From positions 1,954-65,953 of the forward strand of contig DASTPT010000032.1 of NCBI GenBank assembly GCA_035762085.1: 64,000 nt of DNA, given 5' to 3'. The DNA comes from Actinomycetota bacterium (lineage in GTDB: Bacteria > Actinomycetota > UBA4738 > HRBIN12). Of this stretch, positions 1 to 8,365 are shown piece after piece. Below the pieces are notes generated by a model. It saw nothing but the letters and a program-made list of their open reading frames with translations, was not told the origin of the DNA and did no database searches. The position numbers and the translations under genes are program-made. The first letter of the stretch is position 1. Every line of letters starts with the position of its first letter.

Positions 1-552
1 CTCCTCGCGTTCCGCGAGGCCACGCCGTTCGAGGGGAGCGAGGCCTTCGTCCCACGCGACGAGGCGAAGCGCGCCGCGAAGGAGCTCGGCCGACTGCGGC
101 GGCGGAACCCCGGCCACGTCTCGTGCGTGATGCAGAGCCCCTGGCACGTGCCGGTCCGGTGGTTCCTGCTCTTCGACGACGAGGAGCGCCGGATCCTCGA
201 GCGCGGCGACCGCCACCGGCTCTCGTACCTGACGACGGCGCGGAAGGCGATCCGCCGGATCGAGCGGGCGATCCCCGCGCTCCGGCGCTCGGACCTGGGG
301 CCCGTCGCCGAGATGATCGTCGAGCTCCACCAATGGCTCGCGTCGTTCGACCCGCGCTCGCTCGTCGAGCTCGACTACGACGGCCTGTGCGACTTCCTGA
401 CGTGGGACGAGCTCGACGATGACCACAGCGCTCGTGAGCTCCAGGAGGCCATCACGGCGCTGTCGTCGGGCGAGATCGCGCGCTCGGGCGAGCTGTACCA
501 GTCGGTCATCACGCGATGGGCCGAGGCGCGCGGCCACGAGAACCTGAACTGA
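1..552 (+). CDS. Hypothetical protein, 5'-partial. The frame is open from position 1, so the ATG at 127 is probably internal.
   Basis: No stop codon in frame 1 upstream of the ORF-track start at 127. GC3-rich coding frame. No domain recognised. Confidence 0.5.
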   Translation, partial: LLAFREATPFEGSEAFVPRDEAKRAAKELGRLRRRNPGHVSCVMQSPWHVPVRWFLLFDDEERRILERGDRHRLSYLTTARKAIRRIERAIPALRRSDLGPVAEMIVELHQWLASFDPRSLVELDYDGLCDFLTWDELDDDHSARELQEAITALSSGEIARSGELYQSVITRWAEARGHENLN

Positions 553-584
553 CGCCGGCTCGGGACCGGACGGGTCGAGTGGGG

Positions 585-657
585 TGGCCAGGGGCAGAAT
601 CGAACTGCCGACACCGCGGTTTTCAGCCGCGTGCTCTGCCATCTGAGCTACCTGGCC
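585..657 (-). tRNA. tRNA-Phe (anticodon GAA)
   Basis: Reverse complement reads GGCCAGGTAGCTCAGATGGCAGAGCACGCGGCTGAAAACCGCGGTGTCGGCAGTTCGATTCTGCCCCTGGCCA. It folds as a cloverleaf with a canonical GGTTCGATTCC T-arm and anticodon loop CTGAAAA. Confidence 0.9.
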
Positions 658-661
658 CTCG

Positions 662-736
662 CGCGGCTGACGGGCTTCGATCCCGCGATCTTCGCCTTGA
701 CAGGGCGATGAGGACTCCGGACTCCTCCACAGCCGC
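662..736 (-). tRNA. tRNA-Asp (anticodon GTC)
   Basis: Reverse complement: acceptor GCGGCTG/CAGCCGC, anticodon stem-loop TCGCC-CTGTCAA-GGCGA, T-arm GCGGG-ATCGAAG-CCCGT. Closely resembles mycobacterial tRNA-Asp. The T-loop has A where T54 is expected. Confidence 0.75.
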
Positions 737-751
737 GTGTATTCGGTTCCG

Positions 752-824
752 TGCCCCCAACGGGATTCGAACCCGTGTCGCCGCCTTGAAAGGGCGAAAT
801 CCTAGGCCGCTAGACGATGGGGGC
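752..824 (-). tRNA. tRNA-Glu (anticodon TTC)
   Basis: Reverse complement GCCCCCATCGTCTAGCGGCCTAGGATTTCGCCCTTTCAAGGCGGCGACACGGGTTCGAATCCCGTTGGGGGCA. Anticodon loop CTTTCAA, canonical T-arm. Confidence 0.9.
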
Positions 825-920
825 CCCGGGCGAACCAGCGCCCCCCACCCGGGGGCAGCCGCGAAAGTATAGCGCCGGAGGACGGCCGACCATCGGACGC
901 CCGCCTCGCCTCCGCATCGC

Positions 921-1259
921 TCACGAGCCCCGCGAGCGGCGCACCACGCGGTCCCCCGTCCGCAGGTCGACGAACGGGTGGGCCTCGAGCACGTGCCGCG
1001 CCCCGCGGCGAGGCCGGAACACCAGGCCGGGGCGGGCCCGGACGACCTCGAGGACCCGGAACCCGTCATCGAGGAACGCCACGGCGAGGGGGAACCGCAT
1101 GCCGACGGTGTGGACCGACCGCGTCCGCTCGAGCAGGAGCGCAGCGTTGCGCTCGAGGGACGGACGGCGAAGGAGCCCGCGGGCGCGCTCGCGCCGTGTT
1201 CGAGGCACCTCCGCCACCAGCCGGACCCCGCGATCGGTCTCGAGGATCTCGACCAGCAC
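921..1259 (-). CDS. DUF192 (COG1430) family protein, wedged between tRNA-Glu and tRNA-Lys.
   Basis: Translation ...AEVPRTRRERARGLLRRPSLERNAALLLERTRSVHTVGMRFPLAVAFLDDGFRVLEVV... matches the DUF192 signature (R.RGLMgR ... GMLF ... PLDvvFld). GTG start at 1259 chosen so the gene does not run into tRNA-Lys. Confidence 0.6.
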   Translation of the reverse strand: MLVEILETDRGVRLVAEVPRTRRERARGLLRRPSLERNAALLLERTRSVHTVGMRFPLAVAFLDDGFRVLEVVRARPGLVFRPRRGARHVLEAHPFVDLRTGDRVVRRSRGS

Positions 1260-1295
1260 CGGCCCAACGTACGGCGTCGGACCGACATCGCGCTG

Positions 1296-1370
1296 TGGGG
1301 CGGGCAGGATTCGAACCCGCGACACGAGGGTTAAAAGCCCCCTGCTCTGACCGGACTGAGCTACCGCCCC
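1296..1370 (-). tRNA. tRNA-Lys (anticodon TTT)
   Basis: Reverse complement GGGGCGGTAGCTCAGTCCGGTCAGAGCAGGGGGCTTTTAACCCTCGTGTCGCGGGTTCGAATCCTGCCCGCCCCA. Anticodon loop CTTTTAA. Confidence 0.9.
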
Positions 1371-1443
1371 CGGCCGAAGTGTAGGGGAACCCCTCGGCTC
1401 CGAGGGAGCGTCCAACCGGCGACCCGACCCGGAGGAGCACGCG

Positions 1444-2169
1444 ATGAAGGGCAACGCGAAGTGGGGACTGGCCGGCGTGGTGCTCGGGGTGACGGTGGCG
1501 CTCATGGTGCCGTCGCTCGCGCAGACGTCGGATCCCGAGCCCGGGACGACGGAGCGAACGGTCACGGTCTCCGGAACGGCCACGATCACGTCCGATCCCG
1601 ACGAGGCCGTCGTCTTGCTCGGCGTGCAGACGCAGGCCCAGACGGCCGAGGCCGCGATGCGTGACAACGCGAACCGCATGAACGACGTGATCCAGGCGGT
1701 CCGACGTGCCGGCGTCGCGGCCGACGACGTCGCGACCGCGTGGATCGATCTGTACCCGCGGTACGACGACAACGGCATGACGATCGTCGGGTACTCGGCC
1801 GAGAACCAGGTCAACGTGACCGTCCGCGCGATGGACGACATCGGACGCGTGATCGACGCCGCGATCGACGCCGGTGCGAACCTCTCGAGCGGCATCTCGT
1901 TCGGCCTGTCGGACGAGAGTGCCGGCGCCGAGGACGCGCTGGCCGACGCGGTCGGCGACGCGCGCTCGAAGGCCGAGGCGCTCGCGGCCGCGAGCGGCGC
2001 GCAGCTCGGCGCCGTGGTCTCGGTCGTCGAGACCGGCGCCCCGACGCCGCCGGTGATGTACCGCGACTACGCGGTCGCGGAGGCCGCCACCGCGGCCGGC
2101 GCCCCGCCCGTCGAGACGCCGACGATCGAGACCGAGGTCGGCGTGACCGCCACGTGGGAGCTGCGCTGA
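1444..2169 (+). CDS. SIMPL-domain (DUF541, BP26/OMP28-like) secreted protein
   Basis: N-terminal signal peptide (MKGNAKWGLAGVVLGVTVALMVPSLAQ). Body resembles 26-kDa periplasmic immunogenic protein / SIMPL family. Confidence 0.8.
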   Translation: MKGNAKWGLAGVVLGVTVALMVPSLAQTSDPEPGTTERTVTVSGTATITSDPDEAVVLLGVQTQAQTAEAAMRDNANRMNDVIQAVRRAGVAADDVATAWIDLYPRYDDNGMTIVGYSAENQVNVTVRAMDDIGRVIDAAIDAGANLSSGISFGLSDESAGAEDALADAVGDARSKAEALAAASGAQLGAVVSVVETGAPTPPVMYRDYAVAEAATAAGAPPVETPTIETEVGVTATWELR

Positions 2170-2189
2170 CCCGTCGAACCACCGAGCTG

Positions 2190-2224
2190 CCGGCGGAGCG
2201 CGCTACGAAGCGCCGCTCCGCCGG
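2190..2224. terminator. Candidate bidirectional terminator hairpin between convergent SIMPL and nadE
   Basis: CCGGCGGAGCGCGC-TACGAA-GCGCCGCTCCGCCGG: a near-perfect GC-rich stem with a 6-nt loop. It overlaps the nadE stop codon. Confidence 0.35.
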
Positions 2225-3849
2225 TACCGGTTCGTGATCGGCATCCGGCGGTCGCGGCCGAACGCGCGCGGCGTGATCTTGATCCCCGGGGCGGCCTGCC
2301 GCCGCTTGTACTCGGCGCGGTCGATCTTCGCGACGACGCGATGCACGAGCGCGGCGTCGGATCCATCGGCGACGATCTCCTCGGGCGAGCGGTCGTCCTC
2401 GACGTAGGCCTCGACGATCGGATCCAGCACGTCGTACGGCGGGAGCGAGTCCGTGTCCTTCTGGTCCGGCCGCAGCTCGGCCGAGGGCGGCTTGTCGAGC
2501 ACGCGCTGGGGGATCGGCGGCTCACCCCCACGGGCGTTCCGCCAGCGCGCGAGCTCGTACACCAGCGTCTTCGGGACGTCCTTGATCGGCGCGAACCCGC
2601 CGGCCATGTCCCCGTACAGCGTCGAGTAGCCCACCGCGAACTCGCTCTTGTTGCCCGTGGCGAGCACGAGCCCGCCGCGTTTGTTCGACAGCGCCATCAG
2701 CAGGTTGCCGCGGATCCGCGCCTGCAGGTTCTCCTCGGCAACGCCGCTCTCGGTCCCCGCGAACAGGTCGGCGAGGGCGGCCAGGTACGCGACGAAGGTC
2801 TCCTCGATCGGCAGGACGTCGAACCGGATCCCCAGCCGACGAGCGACCTGGGTCGCGTCCTCGAGGCTCTCGGGCGAGGAGTACCGCGAGGGCATCGCGA
2901 GCGCGTGGACGGCATCGCCTCCGAGGGCGTCGGCCGCGAGCGTGGCCACCATCGCCGAGTCGATCCCGCCCGAGAGCCCGAGCACGACCTCGCGGAACCC
3001 GTTCTTGCGGACGTAGTCGCGCAGCCCGAGCGCGAGCGCCCGGTACACCTCCTCGGGCCCCTCGGGCCACGCGTCGCGCTCGGGGCCGGTCGCGACCGCC
3101 CAGGTCGCTCCGCCGCGGATCTCCTGGAGCTCGACGACCAGGAGATCCTCGGTGAACGCGGAAGCGCGGTGCACCAGCTCGCCGTCGGGGCTCACGACCA
3201 TCGAGCAGCCGTCGAAGACCAGCTCGTCCTGGCCACCGACGGCGTTCACATAGACGATCCACGCGCCGGTCTCCCGGGCGCGGGCGGCGCACACGTCCAG
3301 GCGCTCGAAGCGCTGGCCCACGTGGTACGGCGAGCCGTTGATGCTGACGATCAGCTTGGTCCGCGTGTAGCCGTCGAAGGGCGGTCCCGGCGCCCAGGCG
3401 TCCTCGCAGACCGACAGCCCCAGGTTCGCGCCCCCGATCTCGACGACGCAGCTGCCGCGCCCCGGCTCGAAGTACCGGCGCTCGTCGAACACGCCGTAGT
3501 TCGGCAGCTTGATCTTGTGGTACGTGGCGCGGACCTCGCCGTCCCGAAGCAGCGCGGCCGCGTTGTGGACGCCGCGATCGCTGCGGTCGACGAATCCGGT
3601 GAGGACGGCGCACCCGCCCGCGGTGCGCCGGGCGAGCTCCTCGAGCGCCTCGAGGTTGTCCCGGACGAACTCCGGGTGCAGGACGAGGTCCTCGGGCGGG
3701 TACCCGGTGATCGCGAGCTCGGGGAAGCACACGAGGTCGGCGCCGGCCTCGGTCGCGCGGTGCGCCCACTCCTGGAGGCGGTCGACGTTGCCCTGCAGGT
3801 CGCCGACGGTGGTGTTCAGCTGGCCGAGCGCGATGCGGACCACGGGCAC
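2203..3849 (-). CDS. nadE: Glutamine-dependent NAD+ synthetase (NadE, nitrilase domain plus synthetase domain)
   Basis: 548 aa. N-terminal carbon-nitrogen hydrolase domain (VVRIALGQLN...CFPEL...), C-terminal NAD synthetase domain (SGGIDS P-loop). Confidence 0.9.
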   Translation of the reverse strand: MPVVRIALGQLNTTVGDLQGNVDRLQEWAHRATEAGADLVCFPELAITGYPPEDLVLHPEFVRDNLEALEELARRTAGGCAVLTGFVDRSDRGVHNAAALLRDGEVRATYHKIKLPNYGVFDERRYFEPGRGSCVVEIGGANLGLSVCEDAWAPGPPFDGYTRTKLIVSINGSPYHVGQRFERLDVCAARARETGAWIVYVNAVGGQDELVFDGCSMVVSPDGELVHRASAFTEDLLVVELQEIRGGATWAVATGPERDAWPEGPEEVYRALALGLRDYVRKNGFREVVLGLSGGIDSAMVATLAADALGGDAVHALAMPSRYSSPESLEDATQVARRLGIRFDVLPIEETFVAYLAALADLFAGTESGVAEENLQARIRGNLLMALSNKRGGLVLATGNKSEFAVGYSTLYGDMAGGFAPIKDVPKTLVYELARWRNARGGEPPIPQRVLDKPPSAELRPDQKDTDSLPPYDVLDPIVEAYVEDDRSPEEIVADGSDAALVHRVVAKIDRAEYKRRQAAPGIKITPRAFGRDRRMPITNRYRRSGAS

Positions 3850-3877
3850 AGCCTAGCCGCGCCGGGCGGCGCGGTCG

Positions 3878-4348
3878 TCACTCGATCCCGCCGATGTCCA
3901 GGTTGTAGGCCTCCCAGACGAGGTCGGCCCCGTGCTGCCGATGCCGAACGACGTTGCCGAACAGGCGCTGGATGTCATCGCGCGCGTCCTCGAGGCTCCA
4001 CGTCGTCCCGATCGGGGTGGTGCGCAGGCGAGCGATCGCGTCGGAGGTCGCGTCCCGCAGCGCCGGGTGCTCCTCGCGCAGGCGCTGCACGGCGGTGGCC
4101 ATCCGGGGAGCGTTCTGGAGGATCTCGTCGTAGAGCCCGCCGGGGCGCTCGGTCACCTCGATGTGGTCCTCGATCGTTTCCCGCAGGTGCGCGAGCGCGC
4201 CGACCACCTCGCGGGCCCACGCGTCCTCGCGGCCCGACGCAGGGCCCGAGAGCGCCTCCTCGGCCGCGACGAGGGCGTCGTGGATGTCCACGCGGAGACG
4301 GCGCGCCTCGGCGAGGGTGGGTGTGGGCTCGTGTCTGGCGTCGTCCAT
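3878..4348 (-). CDS. Hypothetical protein (156 aa). It lies directly upstream of nadE on the same strand and is divergent from the cyclase gene.
   Basis: It is the 3' tail of the spurious 3878..7123 ORF but has a clean ATG at 4348 (MDDARHEPTPTLAEARRL...), high GC3 and non-repetitive sequence. No domain recognised. Confidence 0.5.
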   Translation of the reverse strand: MDDARHEPTPTLAEARRLRVDIHDALVAAEEALSGPASGREDAWAREVVGALAHLRETIEDHIEVTERPGGLYDEILQNAPRMATAVQRLREEHPALRDATSDAIARLRTTPIGTTWSLEDARDDIQRLFGNVVRHRQHGADLVWEAYNLDIGGIE

Positions 4349-4399
4349 GGCCGCACACAGTAGCCGAGGTGCCTCGGCTCCACCACGACGCGCGTCGCG

Positions 4400-7300
4400 G
4401 TGCCGGCGACGAGGTGGTTCCTCCGCGCCGAACCCCCTAATGTTGCCGCCGTGGTCCGAGTGGCGTCCGAGGCGCAGGTACCCGCCGGCTCCTCCTCGCC
4501 ACGCCCGTACGTCCCCCGGCTGCTGCTCCAGCGGCTGACGTCGGCTCCGCACGAGCGGGCATGGAGCGTCGATGGAACGGTGGTGTTCGTCGACATCTCC
4601 GGGTTCACGAAGCTCTCCGAACGGCTCTCGGCGCACGGGCGCGAGGGTGCCGAGCAGGTGACGGACGCGATCGACGGCTGCTTCAGCGCCCTGCTCGCGG
4701 TCGCATACGCGAACGGAGGCGGTCTGATCAAGTTCGGCGGCGACGCGCTGCTGCTGCTGTTCGACGGTCCGGGCCATGTGGAGCGCGCCGCGCGCTCCGC
4801 GGTCTGGATGCGGCGCATGCTCCGGGACGTCGGTCGGGTCGAGCTGCCCGGCGTGAAGCTCCAGCTCCGGATGTCCGTGGGGATGCACACGGGTCGCTTC
4901 GATATGTTCCTCGTCGGGGACTCGCATCGGGAGCTCCTCGTGACCGGCCCCGCGTGGACCCGCACGGTCGAGATGGAGCACGAGGCCGAAGCCGGCGAGA
5001 TCCTCGTGAGCCCCGAGACGGCGGCGATGCTCCCGGCCCGGAGCATCGGGCGCGACAAGGGTCCCGGGCGGCTCCTCGTCCGCGAGCCCCGCGACGTCCC
5101 GCCGCCCGGCGACATCGCCGTGGACGAGCACGTCCCGGAGGAGACGGCGCGCTGCCTGTCGGTCGCGGTTCGCGAGCACGTGCTGGCGGGCGGCGGCGCC
5201 CCCGAGCACCGGCCGGTCACGGTCGCGTTCCTCCACTTCGACGGGACGGATGAGATGCTCCGCGCCGAGGGTACCGAGGTCACGGCGCTCGCCCTCCAGG
5301 ACCTCGTCGAGACCGTGCAGGCCGCCGTCGACCACTACGGTGTGTGCTTCCTCGGATCCGATGTCGACGCCAACGGCGGCAAGATCATCCTCACGGCCGG
5401 CGCGCCGAGCGTGACCGGGAACGACGAGGAGCGGATGCTGCTCGCACTGCGGAGCATCGTCGAGGCCGTGATCCGCATCCCGGTGCGGATCGGCGTGAAC
5501 CGGGGCGCGGTGTTCGCGGGCGACATCGGCCCCTCGTACCGCCGCACGTACACGGTGATGGGCGATGCGGTGAACCTGGCCGCGCGCCTGATGGCCAGGG
5601 CGGAGCCGGGACGGATCTACGCGACCGCGGACCTGTTGGACCCCTCGGCCACGCGGTTCGCCGTCACCGAGCTCGAGCCGTTCAGCGTGAAGGGCAAGGC
5701 CAGGCCCGTGCAGGCATGGGAGGTCGGCGAGGCGATCGGCTCTCGTGGGCGGGAGGCAGGGCCTGGGCGCTTCGCGCTCCTCGGCCGCGAGCGCGAGGTC
5801 GCCGCGCTCGAGGAGGCGCTGGCCTCGGCGCGAGGGTGCCGCGGACGGCTGGTCGAGATCTCGGGCGAGGCGGGGATCGGGAAGACGCGGCTGCTCGAGG
5901 AGCTGCGGGAGCGGGCCTCGGACATCCGGGTGCTGCGCGCGACCTGCGAGGCCTACACGAGCTCCACCCCGTACGTCGCCTGGCGCGAGCTCCTGCGCGA
6001 GGCGTTCGACCTGTCGTGGGAGGACCCGCCCGAGGTCGTCCTGCGGCGCCTCGGCGATCTCGTCGAGCGCGAGCGGCCCGACCTGCTGCCGTGGCTGCCG
6101 CTGCTCGCCCTCGTCTTCGACGTGGAGGCGCCGACCACGCCCGAGGTCGAAGAGCTCGCCCCCGAGTTCCGTCGCACGAAGCTGCACGAGGTCGTCCTGC
6201 GTTTCCTGCGGGCCACGATCCTGGACGCCACCCTCGTCGAGGTCGAGGACGTTCATCTGATGGACGAGGCGTCGGCCGATCTGTTCAGGGCGGTCGCGGA
6301 CGAGCTCGGGACGATGCCGTGGCTCGTCGTCTTCACGCGCCGCCCGGGACCGGACGGCCTCGTCGCTCCCGACCATCCATGGCTGATCCGTATCGAGCCT
6401 CGGCCGCTCGACCGCGCGGCGACGGTCGCGCTGGCCGAGGCCGCGACCGAGCACGCCCCGCTCCCGGCGCACGTCGTCCGGCTGGTCGCGGAGCGTTCGG
6501 CCGGGAACCCCGAGCTGCTCCTCGACTTGGTCCAGGCCGCGCAGACCTCGGACGTCGCGGACCTCCCCGACTCGGTCGAGGCCGCGGCGCTCGCGGTCGT
6601 GGACCGCCTCGCACCCGAGGACCGTGCGCTCGTGCGGCGCGCGGCGGTCCTGGGCCTGAGCTTCCATCCGCGGTTCGTCGAGGACCTGCTGGAGGAGGGT
6701 GAGACGCCGCCCGACGCCGGTCGTTGGGCTCGGCTGTCGGAGCTGTTCGAGGACGAGGACGAGGGATACGTGCGGTTCCGCCGCGCCGTGGTTCGCGACG
6801 CCGCATATGCCGGGCTGCCGTTCCGGACCCGACGGCGGCTGCACGGCCTGGTCGGTACCCGGATGGAACGCGAGCTCGGGACCCAGGCGGACGAGTCGGG
6901 CGGGATCCTGTCGCTGCACTTCGTGATCGCCGAGGAGTTCGAGAAGGGCTGGCGCTACGCGCTGCTCGCCGCCGAGCACGCCGAGCAGATCTACGCGAAC
7001 GTGGAGGCGGCGCGGTTCTACGAGCGGGCGATCGAGGCGGGGCGTCGCGCCGGCCGTGACGGGGCCGAGCTCCTGCGGGTGTGGGAGGCGCTCGGCGACG
7101 TGCGCCACCGAGCAGGGCTCCACGCGGCCGCGGGTCGGGCCTATGCCGAGGCGCGTCGGCTATGCGCGTCCCAGCCGATCCCGAGCGCCCGCCTCCTGTA
7201 CAAGCGGGCGCTGATCGAGGAGAGCATGGGGAAGCTCCCGCAGGCGCTGCGGTGGCTCACCCGCGCCAGGCGAACCGTCCAGGAGGTCGTCGGCGAGGAG

Positions 7301-8365
7301 GCGCTCCGCGAGCGTGCCCATGCCGACGCCCGGTACGCGGCAGTCCTGCAGGCCGAGGGACGCAACCGGGCGGCGATCCGGGTGGCGCTGCGTGCCCGGG
7401 CCGAGGCGGAGGAGGCGGGGTTCCACGGGACCGTCGGCGACGCCGAGAACATCCTCGGCGTGGCGAAGGTCGTCCTGGGGGAGCCCGGCTACGAGGACCA
7501 TTGGAGGCGAGCGCTGGGGCTGTTCGAGGGCATCGGCGACCTCCCCAAACAGGCGATGGTGCTCGCGAACCTGGGCGCCGGCGCGTACCTCGAGGGCCGC
7601 TGGTCGGACGCGCTCGAGCTGAACGAGCGCGCTCGGGAGCTCCGGCGGCGGACCGGCGATCCGACGAACGTCGCGCTCGCGGACCTCAACATCGGCGAGA
7701 TCCTGCTCGACCAGGGGCGGTACGAGGCGGCCGAGACGCTCCTACGCGATGCCGGGCGGGTCTGGCGGGCGTCCGAGGACCACTTCAACCTGGGGATCTG
7801 CCTCGGGTACCTGGGCCGCCTGGAGGTCCGGACCGGCCGGTTCGAGGCCGCGATGCGCCGGTTCGAGGACGCCCGCGCGGAGTTCGCCTACGTGGGCGCG
7901 CAGGGGGACACGCTGGAGGCGGACGCTCGCATCGCCGAGGCCCTGCTGTTCATGGACGACGCGCCCGGGGCCCTCGCGATGGCCGACCACGTTCGCGAGG
8001 AGCTCCGCGCCGGTGTCGGGCCGGGCATGCTCACGCCGCTCGTCGAGCGCGTGCGCGGCTACGCGCTGATCCAACTGGGTGATCTGGCGGGCGCCCGCGA
8101 GGCGCTCGAGGCCAGCCTGCGCGCGGGGCGCGAGCGCGGCGCCGAGCACGAGGTCGCCTTCACGCTCCAGGCGCTCCTCCGACACGCCCGCGTGGCAAGC
8201 TCGGCGCCCGGGGACGGCTGGCGAACCGAGAGCGGCGTGCTGCTCGAGCGCCTGGGCATCGTCGCCGTCCCGGCGGTCCCGCTGCCGCCGCCGGGCTCGG
8301 GCACGGCGGAGGGCGGTCCCGAGGTGGGACCGCCCTCCGTGGAACGTCCGGTCAGCGCCGGCTGA
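4400..8365 (+). CDS. Tandem class III adenylate/guanylate cyclase domains fused to an AAA+ (STAND-like) ATPase and a C-terminal TPR/helical repeat region
   Basis: Two CHD domains (VVFVDISGFTKLSE...; VAFLHFDGTDEML...VMGDAVNLAARL). A P-loop (ISGEAGIGKTRLLEEL). A long alpha-helical repeat C-terminus. This architecture resembles the mycobacterial Rv0386/Rv1358 family but has no LuxR helix-turn-helix (HTH) motif. The exact start is uncertain. Confidence 0.8.
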   Translation: MPATRWFLRAEPPNVAAVVRVASEAQVPAGSSSPRPYVPRLLLQRLTSAPHERAWSVDGTVVFVDISGFTKLSERLSAHGREGAEQVTDAIDGCFSALLAVAYANGGGLIKFGGDALLLLFDGPGHVERAARSAVWMRRMLRDVGRVELPGVKLQLRMSVGMHTGRFDMFLVGDSHRELLVTGPAWTRTVEMEHEAEAGEILVSPETAAMLPARSIGRDKGPGRLLVREPRDVPPPGDIAVDEHVPEETARCLSVAVREHVLAGGGAPEHRPVTVAFLHFDGTDEMLRAEGTEVTALALQDLVETVQAAVDHYGVCFLGSDVDANGGKIILTAGAPSVTGNDEERMLLALRSIVEAVIRIPVRIGVNRGAVFAGDIGPSYRRTYTVMGDAVNLAARLMARAEPGRIYATADLLDPSATRFAVTELEPFSVKGKARPVQAWEVGEAIGSRGREAGPGRFALLGREREVAALEEALASARGCRGRLVEISGEAGIGKTRLLEELRERASDIRVLRATCEAYTSSTPYVAWRELLREAFDLSWEDPPEVVLRRLGDLVERERPDLLPWLPLLALVFDVEAPTTPEVEELAPEFRRTKLHEVVLRFLRATILDATLVEVEDVHLMDEASADLFRAVADELGTMPWLVVFTRRPGPDGLVAPDHPWLIRIEPRPLDRAATVALAEAATEHAPLPAHVVRLVAERSAGNPELLLDLVQAAQTSDVADLPDSVEAAALAVVDRLAPEDRALVRRAAVLGLSFHPRFVEDLLEEGETPPDAGRWARLSELFEDEDEGYVRFRRAVVRDAAYAGLPFRTRRRLHGLVGTRMERELGTQADESGGILSLHFVIAEEFEKGWRYALLAAEHAEQIYANVEAARFYERAIEAGRRAGRDGAELLRVWEALGDVRHRAGLHAAAGRAYAEARRLCASQPIPSARLLYKRALIEESMGKLPQALRWLTRARRTVQEVVGEEALRERAHADARYAAVLQAEGRNRAAIRVALRARAEAEEAGFHGTVGDAENILGVAKVVLGEPGYEDHWRRALGLFEGIGDLPKQAMVLANLGAGAYLEGRWSDALELNERARELRRRTGDPTNVALADLNIGEILLDQGRYEAAETLLRDAGRVWRASEDHFNLGICLGYLGRLEVRTGRFEAAMRRFEDARAEFAYVGAQGDTLEADARIAEALLFMDDAPGALAMADHVREELRAGVGPGMLTPLVERVRGYALIQLGDLAGAREALEASLRAGRERGAEHEVAFTLQALLRHARVASSAPGDGWRTESGVLLERLGIVAVPAVPLPPPGSGTAEGGPEVGPPSVERPVSAG

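Noticed and set aside
2341-4440. 699-aa plus-strand ORF antisense to nadE
   Set aside because: Opposite strand encodes a clearly recognisable NadE. This frame is low-complexity Arg/Pro/Gly-rich.
3878-7123. 1081-aa minus-strand ORF antisense to the cyclase gene
   Set aside because: Arg/Gly/Pro-rich low-complexity translation typical of antisense frames in >70% GC DNA. The sense strand encodes a coherent multi-domain protein. Only the last 156 codons (3878..4348) form a plausible independent gene.
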